NCBI GenBank assembly: GCA_964016885.1
Contig: OZ024746.1
Location: 88,660,001-88,724,000 of the forward strand
Reading direction: 5' to 3'
Length of the DNA: 64,000 nt
Origin: Eledone cirrhosa
Taxonomy: Eukaryota
Shown: piece by piece, positions 51,752 through 64,000 of the stretch
How the letters are laid out: every line of letters begins with the position of its first letter
Position numbering within the stretch: the stretch's first letter is position 1
Program-made: the position numbers and the translations under genes
The notes under the pieces: generated by a model
The model's database searches: none
What the model was told of the DNA's origin: nothing
What the model saw: the letters and a program-made list of their open reading frames with translations, nothing else

Positions 51752-52789
51752 ATGCTGCTTAGCACCATTTTTAACATTGAATATATTATTTAGGAAAGTG
51801 CGAATTTCATTAGTTCAGTTCAACCTTGATTAAGAATATATTTGTTAATTGATATTGCAGCCCTCATGCTTACCATATATATATTTTTTGAAACAGAGAT
51901 TATAGAATTTCATTATTCAATATGGTTTTCTCTTTGAAGGGTATACATAGTAAGAGTAGGGTGATTTATAAGAGAGTATTACTAGGAGAGTGTTCATCAT
52001 TTTATGATAAGCTTGAAGTTAGTTAAAGCACAGGAAAAGAGTCTTATGATAGTAATCTCTTTGAAATTACAATTAGTTTCTAACGGACGACCTTCCAAAC
52101 TGTATTCGCATACCAGTTTTATTCACAATGCTTGCGTCGAATTGAATTTATGGTGAGACACACTTTCTCTAGAGGTAACGCAGTTGGATGAAGCACGAGA
52201 TCTAATGATTACGAATCGAACAGCTTTACTATTCGGTCATGTTGCGTTCATCTTTTAGTAATAGAAGCAATATAATAATAGGTTTACCGAAAGGTTTTCA
52301 CCAAATAGCAGACCCAAAATAGAAGAGCAGAACAAAGATAAATATGAGAAGAAATACAAATAAATGAAGATAGAGAAAAGGAAAAACAAAGAGTTGAACA
52401 GTGACAGAGAAAGTGAATCATGGCATTAGGGGAAAAAGGAATACAGATAATAGCGAGTAATAAAATCAAATCAAACGAGAGGCTGGCTACAAAAAGAGTA
52501 TAAAGAACAGAAAAGGATGAAATAAGTAGGAGAAATATACACAAGAAGAAACGAAATAGAGAATAGCGCTGTTTTAAATAATACTTTGCCAATGTGATCA
52601 ATCAGTTTTCCGACTTCTGAAGATGTGACTTCTAAGAGAAAATCTAGAAACCATTAATCATAATGTATATTTCAACTTCTGATCCGCTGATGAAGTGACC
52701 GGTGCCTTGACGATAATACAGATTTGTATAACACATATGTTCAAATACACATATGTTGACAAACACACGCACATACACATACGCACACA

Positions 52790-52828
<39 letters not shown>

Positions 52829-52873
52829 GTGTGTGTGTTTGTATATCAATGTATGCTCTTATAGGTATGTATG

Positions 52874-53002
<129 letters not shown>

Positions 53003-54239
53003 AAAGAGAGAGAGAGACGGAGAGAGAGAGAGAATTAAAGAGAGTGTCGTAGATAAAGAGAGACAGATCCTTATATTTTATATTCCAATATTATGGTTTT
53101 GTGATGTCTAGTAATAAAAAATCTTTCAAATATTGATTTCTATTTGTAGTAGAAATGCACATATTTGATATAATGAATACCAATACATGACTGGTACACA
53201 ATACCATCTGATATCATATGGTCACGTAATAATCTTTGTTTGATAATGAGTTAAGTTTTTGTCCTTTTCCACTACTATAAATAGTTCCCCGTGAAGTGTA
53301 CTTTCTCCACACAATCTCTTGAAAAATGTTTGTTATATTAGTAGAATGCTTTCACTCGTTCTATGAAATATGAAAAATAGTTTATGCCCTATTACTATGA
53401 TTCAAAAATAAATAAAACAGAAACATCATCTTACCCAATAAATAGATAAATAAAATAATTAGAATAGAATAAATTCAATGGCAATATTAATAAACGTAAC
53501 CACAAGAAGAACCAATTGCCGAGAAACGTCGAGAAATTAATGATGTTATTTGTTTATTGTTTCATAATTTTATTTAAGGTATTGGATAAAACATGTTTTC
53601 TATTTTTCTTAAACGGACAATATTATGTGAATTGTTTTTATTTTATATTTTTACATGTCGTCGGGAATTTCTTTTTAAAAGCAACTGAGACATATGTAGG
53701 TTTGCTTTTATATATATTATTTAAAAATGTTTCCAACTATATATTTCTATTCAAAAATGTAACCGTATTTCTGTATTTATTTTTCTGTAGCTTTATTTCT
53801 CGTTAATAAATAAATGTTTAGTTCCTACGGTTAAATGGGATTGATTGTAAATATTCTACACAGTGGGCTACAAGATTGACAACAAATAATGTGTGTTGCA
53901 GTTATAAAATTATATTTGTACGTTTCAATGATACGTAAGAGATCAATATAATAGGGAGACATAATTAGTGTATGGCATACCTTGCAGTCATTAAATCGTT
54001 TTTGTTATTCGAAGATATATCCACTACAGTTAGTCCTGCAGTTTAATTTCTAATTGGCATTGCATTTGTAGTTATTGGTTGTATTCATCTATTTATTGAT
54101 ACAGTTACATAAAAGGAAAGTACTTTTAAATCAGTCACACAAGTTCTGAACATAAAGGAATTAAACTACCACTATCACCGCCTCCGTCTCTCCCGTACTT
54201 CCCATTCATTAGTGTGAGAAATGGGGGCCCACGCACTGG

Positions 54240-54770
54240 TTGTCCTGCGGTCCCGTCGGACAGAGAGGAGAATGCGTTTCGCTGGAATATGGTTAGGGAG
54301 ATATTTGGAAGAGCCATTCCCTCATGCGAGATCCACTATTGCGGTTAGCTCAGATCTGCGCCAATTGTGTCGAGTAGGGAGGTAGCCCTATGGCAAAGGA
54401 AACCAGAATCTCCACTGGTAGGGCTCACCTGCAAACCTGTTGGAGAGTGACTGAAATTTACAGAGTTTACTCTTCTCAGCCCGAAGTGATGCAGCGCTTG
54501 TGTTAGTCGGAGACTGCACCAGCTTGCCATTGGAGAATGTGTCACTGCATGTGGCAGCCCAGACGAGTGGTTTACCACTGTAGATCGGTAAGATAGTCAT
54601 ACTGTCTGATCTTTTACCGTTCCCTCGTTCCAGCTCCACCTCCTCTAATGAAATATGGCATGGAAGGCACCCGGAACTACAGCGAGGGGACAGTGGCTGG
54701 AGGCCGAAAATGTCTACGGTGGAACCGCAGCCTCATTTGTGAGATTCGCAGATCCGGAGGCCGAGCATTT
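54240..54770 (-). mobile_element. CRE-clade LINE 3' fragment (RLE)
   Basis: LERGNGKRSDSMTILP..GKPLVWAATCSDTF...AASLRAEKSK...ISLTIFQRNAFSSL. Confidence 0.75.
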
Positions 54771-57402
54771 GATTGAAATTTACCATCCCAGTACTTGTCT
54801 AACGTTTTACACGGTGCATCCCCTTTACTGATACTGTAGACAGAAGTATGTATTTATTTTATTGAACAACTTATGAGAAGAATATCAGATGAAATATAAC
54901 GCTTGAACAGAAAGCAATATATTTACTGTAATAAAATAAAAATTGATTGACTAACATTTTACTATACATGAGCTGCTATGTCCTGATGATCTGTATTTCA
55001 TAACTCTTACAATGGTTAGCTGAATGTAATGTTTAATAATTTAAGATATTATCCGTAATACAGAGAAACTCATAAACGCATACGAAAATTAATCTCTAAA
55101 AGTGAAGATAATTTTTGATAGTTCAATCAGCCACCTATTGGAGATATCTTGTGATATATCATAAAACATTCCTTTGGCAGAAATGAAGGTATCTCCTGAC
55201 ATGATCAACTATTACAAACCCCCTTCAACAGGAAATAGACTGCGCACTGTTGTCAAACATTTGAGCGGCAACATATACATATTTGTCTGCGAAGAAAATT
55301 CATATAATAGTCAACGTAAAATAATAACATTGGTAATCTTCAATATGTAGGGCGTTTACAGGAAAGCTCTACGACTATATATTCACTGCCATATGTTACG
55401 TGGTCCTTGAGAGCTCTTTATAATATATTACATAAAGGATATTTAATAAGACACAAACATGACAGAAATCTGAGTCATTGCTCCAGCAGATCGCACTAAA
55501 CTTCCCCACTCTTTATATTTTGATTTACCCTCTGGTCAATAGAGAGATAAAGATTTAAGTACCGCAATACATACAGCTAGTATTCTGTAACACTCTAGTC
55601 CGGTTCACTGAAGAAATTTCCCGAAATTTAGCACTCTATTAATTCGAACTATATGATTAGCGTGCATTCGAAATGTGTAATCACATACACTAGTGAAGCA
55701 GGGAGAACACGCTAATAGATGTTTCCTACAGCTCACTGAATATAAGAATCTCTTACGACAGCTATCATATTTGGTAAGATTAAATTCATGTGCGTCTTTC
55801 TTTTTCCTGAAATGAAGAAAATGCGTCATTTTTACTTGAATTTCGGGAGTTTCTACGATAATATTAAATAATTAAAATGAAACAGCTATGTCTAGATATC
55901 ATGGATATGCTAAATACACAATTCAGTAAAACAGTGGGAATGAAATATAAGCATTTCATTTATGAAATAGAATATTTAAAATTATAACCTCAGCAAGACA
56001 AATACTAAATTTATAGTAGTTATTGAGGTGATATTCATCATAATGTTCATGTCGATTGGTTAAATAAAATATGATTGTTTAAAGAAAAATAAAGAAACAT
56101 TAACTTTTTATATATGTTTTGTTTTCTTTCGGTAATCTGAAAAACAAATGTGTCGATACGTCAGATGTCTTCGAAACAAACAGTATTATTGATCGAAAAA
56201 TAATCACAAATAAACAAAGAAAAAAAGGACATTGTCATTCATAATAATAATTATTGGTATTGAATTTGGTGCATCAATTGTTGTTGTTCTAATTTTTGTA
56301 GTTTTCTCCTTTTTTTTACTTCTTCATCGCCTCGTTATCCTCCGTGCTCGTCTTCCCTTTTCTTCTTCTACTTCATATTCATCTTCATCATCATCTTCTT
56401 ATTCATCTTTTTCTTCATCATCATCTTCTCACACTTCTTCTCCTTTTTATTATTGGCGACTAACTTGTGAAATGTGTGTTATAGTGAACTCCGGAAGGTT
56501 TGTTGTCTTAAAATGTTTGAAGTGTGATATATGTCACAATCTATTGATAGGGTGCCAGCCATTGTCCACAGAAACGGTGCCTCCATAATAGGCGACCCAA
56601 ATAAACGCGATATACCACTCCACTTTAAGTCAACTGTGATGTGTCAGTGATTCGATTTCGATTTTAAAGTTGGGTGATAACAGAATTCCCACCACGACTA
56701 CAAGCACTATCAGCAAAATTAATGCAGAGACCATCAATACCACCACCGCCAGTGCCTATAACAACGATAACAACAGCTGCAGCTGTAACAAGAACAGTAA
56801 ATCTGACACAATCAGCGGCGACAAAATTCATACAATAAAAATGATTTAAAATGATATACCCCATTACTGGAATCCAACAACCCCACCATCACATCCATCA
56901 TGTCCAGAGCATCAAAACGAAAGGGAAACATAATTAAAAACAGTCAAAACACTAATACCTTTCCGAATTGTGCATAAACACCAACTCCATCATTACCACT
57001 AAGGCATCAAAAAGCACTGACACAATTATTAATTTAAACAGCAATGATGGAAGCAACAACATCACCAACTGTAACAGTAGAAGTAACAACAAAATACAAA
57101 ATAAAACAAGAGCAACAGCAACAAAATATACGTAGAACGGTCAATCGCATATAACGACTCGGTCAGAAAACAGAGTGTGATCCCTTCCAACCCAACGCAG
57201 CAGGACCCCTGGAAATCAGAAGTTTCCTTAGCAGTGGCCACAAAAAAAATAAAAACAATAACTATCAATGAAAGTGAAATTAGGTAGGCGCAGTAGATGT
57301 CAATGTGTAGGAGTCAAAGAATCTGCTTCACCCTTCCACAGAAAGTGCGGGCAAAAGCTTGACGTGTTACAGTATCATACCATACAATTGGAGGGAAGAG
57401 TA

Positions 57403-58470
57403 CGGTAAACCGATACGTGCATATATATATATGTGTGCATGTATGTATATATATACATACTACTGCACGTATGTATACATATATGTATGTACGTATACAT
57501 ACTTACATTTAAGTAACTGCCGTACTAAGAGTGAGAAATGAAATTTCGTATCATTCTATTCCATTTATCGTTTTCGGTGCGACGGGCCGACTAAACTCAC
57601 TCGATATGCAAATTAGGCTGCTCAGCCGTTAATATGCATAGGGAAAGTATATACTTTCAGACGTTCAACCATCTGACTGGAAGGTATAGGAAGCTGACGA
57701 TAGCTAATAAGCTTGAAACTAGTATATCATTCCTGTGTCAGTGTTGAACAAAAAGGTGACGAGGTTGCCTAAACACTGTACCGCTTAATTCGGGCTGTTT
57801 GTTTGTTTACAAACAAACCGAGCATTATAATAACTGTTCGGTAAACCGATACGTAGATATATATATATATATATATATGTGTTCATGTATGTATATATAT
57901 ATATATACATACTACTGTACGTATGTATACATATATGTATGTACGTATACATACTTACATTTAAGTAACTGCCGTACTAAGAGTGAGAAATGAAATTTCG
58001 TATCATTCTATTCCATTTATCGTTTTCGGTGCGACGGGCCGACTAAACTCACTCGATATGCAAATTAGGCTGCTCAGCCGTTAATATGCATAGGGAAAGT
58101 ATATACTTTCAGACGTTCAACCATCTGACTGGAAGGTATAGGAAGCTGACGATAGCTAATAAGCTTGAAACTAGTATATCATTCCTGTGTCAGTGTTGAA
58201 CAAAAAGGTGACGAGGTTGCCTAAACACTGTACCGCTTAATTCGGGCTGTTTGTTTGTTTACAAACAAACCGAGCATTATAATAACTGTTCGGTAAACCG
58301 ATACGTACATATATATATATATATATATATGTGTTCATGTATGTATATATATATATACATACTACTGTACGTATGTATACATATATGTATGTACGTATAC
58401 ATACATACTTACATTTAAGTAACTTCCGTACTAAGAGTGAGAAATGAAATTTCGTTTCATTCTATTCCAT
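57403..58470 (+). repeat. Head-to-tail tandem array (~2.4 units of ~436-452 bp) with one hammerhead core per full unit
   Basis: Units start at 57403, 57839 and 58291. CTGACGA-tAGCT.aata.AGCTt-GAAAC-TA-GTA occurs at 57694 and 58146. Confidence 0.85.
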
Positions 58471-58480
58471 ATACATGTAA

Positions 58481-58585
<105 letters not shown>

Positions 58586-58740
58586 TGTATGTGCGTGCGT
58601 GCGTGTGCATGTGTTGTAGTTATATATGAATACTAGACGACCCGTCACCCGTTGGGTCACCGTTACTTAAAAACAAAATATATATATGTATATACATATA
58701 TATATATATATAATTATAAATATATATATATATGTATATA

Positions 58741-58812
<72 letters not shown>

Positions 58813-58816
58813 AATG

Positions 58817-58903
<87 letters not shown>

Positions 58904-58969
58904 GTACATACATATATATATATAGACATATATATATATACATATATATATATACACACATATATATAT

Positions 58970-59046
<77 letters not shown>

Positions 59047-59077
59047 AAATAATAGAGGTGTAACACACGAGTTATGA

Positions 59078-59554
59078 TATATTGGTGAGAGGAAAAGAAA
59101 ATGCTGACAAATTGTTCCCAGTGAAAAATAGTTTAATTAGGAATAAGTAAAAATTAGTAATAGTATTGGTTAGTATTTAGTTTTGGTTTGAAGTTTTACC
59201 GGTTGCGCATTTCTAATGCTTTTCAAAAATAATTTTGAGATAGAGCGTCCGTGATGTTTGCTTTAATCTGTAAAAACGAATAGAACATCAAAAACGTTAA
59301 TAATAAAAGGTATGAAATGATATATAGTATTGGCATAAGACCAAGGTGTGTGTGAGTGTCCAGATTGTACAGATTAGAGCAAACATCACGGGCGCTCTAG
59401 CCCAAAATTATTTTTGAAAATCATTAGAAATGCGCAACCGGTAAAACTTAAAACCAAAACTGAATACTAACCAATACTATTACTAATTTTTACTTACTCC
59501 TAATTAAACTATTTTTCACTGGGAACAATTTGTCAGTATTTTCTTTTCCTCTTG

Positions 59555-59562
<8 letters not shown>
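59078..59562. mobile_element. Fold-back element (~195-bp arms, ~95-bp spacer) in (TA)n
   Basis: 59078-59272 is the reverse complement of 59368-59562. Confidence 0.85.
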
Positions 59563-59624
<62 letters not shown>

Positions 59625-59627
<3 letters not shown>

Positions 59628-60223
59628 TTCAGGTCTCTACGAAGGTCCGACTTCCACACCGATCTCAAGCTGTGACACGCCGCCCAGGCCTTGCTCTTCC
59701 TCTCAACCACATCATCTTCCGTATTCCCAATCTTTGCTCCCAAATACAGGAAGTCCTCAACCAATTCCAGACCTGAAAATCCGCCTCTTCATTGCTGTAG
59801 TGGAGTCTGTGCTGCTGTATGGGTCTGAGACTTGGACACTGACCAAAATACTCACTCAGATGGTGGATGGGTGCTACACAAGAATGCTGAGGATGGCTCT
59901 GAACATTAATCAGTATACACTGAGGATGAAAAACTCAGAGCTGTATGGGAGCATCCCAAAAGTCAGCTCAAAAGTGACACAGAGAAGACTGAGGTTGGCT
60001 GGACATGCTCACCGACATCCAGAGTTGACATTGCACTCAGTGCTCCTTTGGGAGCCCCTACATGGACACACTAGAAGAGGAAGACCAAGGTTAACATATG
60101 TTGATGCCCTAAGGACAGACACTGGTCTGTTGGAGATGCAGGATATGGCAGCGATAAAGAGGGACAGAGACCGCTGGAGAGAACTCCTCCATGGATCTCG
60201 GGAATTTTACCCGCCTTAGATAG
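59625..60223 (+). mobile_element. RTE-clade LINE 3' fragment with 5' inversion and TSD
   Basis: Minus 59625-59768 gives VEDFLYLG...RRDLKI; plus 59769-60219 gives DLKIRLF...YGSETW...RRLRLAGH..GRPR. (TAGA)n tail. ATATATTATTTT occurs at 59618-59629 and 60224-60235. Confidence 0.88.
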
Positions 60224-60900
60224 ATATATTATTTTTAAGTAAACGTGACCCAACGGGTGACAGGTGGTCTAGTATTCATATATAACTACAACACATGCAC
60301 ACACCCACACACACGCACGCGCATACTCATATACACGCATATATATATTTATATCTTTTAATTAGAAAGAGAACAACAAAATATATAACTACTCCATTAC
60401 CAATAGTTCCAGTACCCTAGACAATATTAACATACGCCTTGTTCACTCATCAGGCCAAGGGGTTATCCCCTATATATATTGTTGTTCACTTTCTACTTAA
60501 ATAGCTGTTTTATACATAGAGCCCATTTTTCTTTCCTTCGCATTTTCTTCGGAAATACTTAACATATATATAAATCATATAAAAATATATAATCATATAA
60601 ACATATAAATATATTCTTTGTCTTCGAAAGTTGGAATTTCGCAGAGGGCGTGTTTCCACTCCCGGCGGTGCCAGTCTTGCAGCAGATTCAATCGTTGAGA
60701 ATAAATGTCCACAAACCGTCACACAAACAAAATCACGCACGCTTGTATTCAATAATGCACCAACACCCATCCAAACACACATTCCTGCGCGAGTGAGCAT
60801 ACAGCCACACATGCATCAATTCACATATCGGAACACATACGGGCACGCGTTGGCACATATACATGTGGATACACACAAATACACCAGTCTAAAATGTGGA

Positions 60901-60946
<46 letters not shown>

Positions 60947-61249
60947 CGTTATCGGAGAAAGCTAATAGCGATACTCCGGCCAAATCCCATCTCACTCAAC
61001 GAACATTAGGAAATAAGTGAGTATATTCCTAATTATAATTAAACGTTCGGGGTGCTAACTAATTGTATTGTGTGGAAAATTGGCTGTATTATGTCATATG
61101 AGATATATCAAATATATCTCTTCCCTGACGGACATCTCGTTTCATTATAAGATTCCTACAAGTTAGGTGAAATTATTGCAATTCATGTAGAAGCTTGTAT
61201 AAGATCCTCAGATACTTATTCAAGTGGGCTCTTATAATTCTTCAGTGGG

Positions 61250-62086
<837 letters not shown>

Positions 62087-64000
62087 TTGTATTATATTAT
62101 ATTACATTATATTGCAATATATACAATTTGATATAGTTACATATAGTGTAAGATGCAAATTATATAACCACTAGTTAATAATTATTTTATTAATTATTAT
62201 ATTTGTAAAATAATTTATATTAAAACCCCAGACGCAATTGCACGTACGCAGTATATTTTATAAGTATTTATTGTGATTCAGTAAGAGTGTGTGTGCTAAA
62301 ATTTGGATTTAAATCATCATGAATAACGGAGGATAAATACGATCGATCTTAACGGCAATATATTTTTACAAAACACTAAGTTTAAGAATTAAAGGAGACA
62401 AACGAACTGTTGACATATATATTTTACGCTTAAACCAGGCATCACAAAAATTGGCGCCGAAAAGCAACAATCATTGATGAGTTCTGAGGCGACTGTCAAG
62501 AAATGTTTCAACGAAAATCAGATAGGCTTGCAATAGTAGTAAAAAAAAAATGGAGACATATTTTTTTAGTGTTGAGAATGTAGATTATAATCAGTTGATG
62601 TTTTCACTAGGTGAGGAATGAATTCGTGGTGTTAATGTCTACTGCGATAAGATAAATGGAAAAGTTTCACCCACATCTGAAACATTAGTAGGATTAGCCC
62701 GATCAATACTGTTTGGTTGACTTCCTTCACTATAGTTTATAGTTTCAACCGATTGTTGTATTGTTTCGATAATGTGTTTTATTTACGTTATTCTGTCAGT
62801 CCAAGCACTACAGTAAAGAGCATTAATTTAATGCTTTACACTGTTTTCCTCCATTATTATCTGACAAACGATCGGCAATCGACTTATATGATTGTTATTT
62901 ACATATGAACCTCTCTGTCTGTAAATATTCGTAGGCGGCTGTATATGCATGATCAATATATTCTTTTTTTTTTCATTCGCAATGATGAAAACAATAGTGA
63001 GTAGAATAGTTTCCTTGAATATTTAGTTTGTTAAATTCAACCTGTTATATAAGAAATAAATATTCATAATTTCAATCCTCAAACGTTATTATGCGGCCGG
63101 GGATTTGCCTTAACAGGCGTAGACAGCTAAGGTCATAAAGCCTCCATAACGGATGCGTGAAGAGAAATAGACTGGAGTGCTATTTTATTGTATTCTGTGT
63201 GCTTAAAGTTTCACTGAATTAAATATTTCATAATGGCTGAATACCTAACATTGTCTTTAATTAGAAGCTATATGTCTGATTCTGGAAGGATTAGTTGAAA
63301 TAAAGTTGCATTTCTGCTGTGTAATTTCTTTGAGATATCTTTACAACAGCTCTTATCAGTATTTAAAGCTTCCAGGTAACACTTTTTACTGATATATGAG
63401 AACTGAAAATGATAATTTGTACAAATATTGGTGTGAAAACCTAGTATCAAGAAGAAAATAGTTGTATTTTAGTGCAACAAATTCGTTTCTCACTTTTCTA
63501 TCTCTTGATACCGATAATATTGTTACAGGTTTCCGACTAATTTACAGTTGAAAAAAGCTAACCCACACATGATAATAAGTTCGCTATTCTGTGAAACAAG
63601 AAGATTCACACAAAGCTTTATGATGAAACATTGAAAGCATCAATTTCAAAAAGAAAAAACGGAAGTGGTCTAGTGAGAAGACATGAATCGGATACTCTAC
63701 CCAGCTAGCTAAAATGACTATACGCATATATTTTGCCAATAAACTAACAGAAACGAATTATGTAATTTAATTATGGAAGTTATTATGTAATGTGAAAACG
63801 TGCGCCTGTTTCTAATTTACCACAAATATTAAGAGATATTAGTTTTTCATAAAGTTCTGTTCAGTGTAATGACTTTGGAAGCCTTACATATAATAGTAAC
63901 GTCCACAGAAATGCTTGATATTTGGAAATCAGTAATTTCTGATATTCAACTTTGAATCCGATCACTAATAAAACGTTTCTATTCCTTATATTTGTTAAGA

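Noticed and set aside
57403-58470. CRISPR-like or LTR interpretation of the repeats
   Set aside because: Contiguous ~450-bp units with no unique spacers, no cas genes and no TG..CA ends or PBS; the context is eukaryotic.

Overview
AT-rich animal genomic DNA, most consistent with a cephalopod (Octopus-like) genome. That assignment is inferred from the very dense (TA)n/(CA)n/(AAT)n microsatellites and the SINE types. I found no intact host protein-coding gene, and nearly all ORFs in the track are microsatellite or antisense artefacts. The window is a mosaic of retroelements. (1) A near-intact, GC-rich ~6 kb Tx1/L1-clade LINE (22929-28958, minus) sits in an (AAT)n array that also holds three R4/Dong-type 3' fragments. 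(2) Many Penelope-like (Naiad-type GIY-YIG) remnants form fold-back inverted repeats beside (TA)n tracts, and at least ten carry recognisable type I hammerhead ribozyme motifs. One of these is a ~450-bp tandem array with one hammerhead per full unit, resembling a retrozyme. (3) RTE fragments include one with a twin-priming 5' inversion and one inserted into a hammerhead core. (4) There are CRE-clade fragments, decayed Helitron pieces, tRNA-derived SINEs and an intron-containing tRNA-Tyr pseudogene. A heavily decayed class A GPCR pseudogene is probably present at ~9.1-10.2 kb. All calls come from manual reading and translation. No database searches were run, and the boundaries of decayed elements are approximate.
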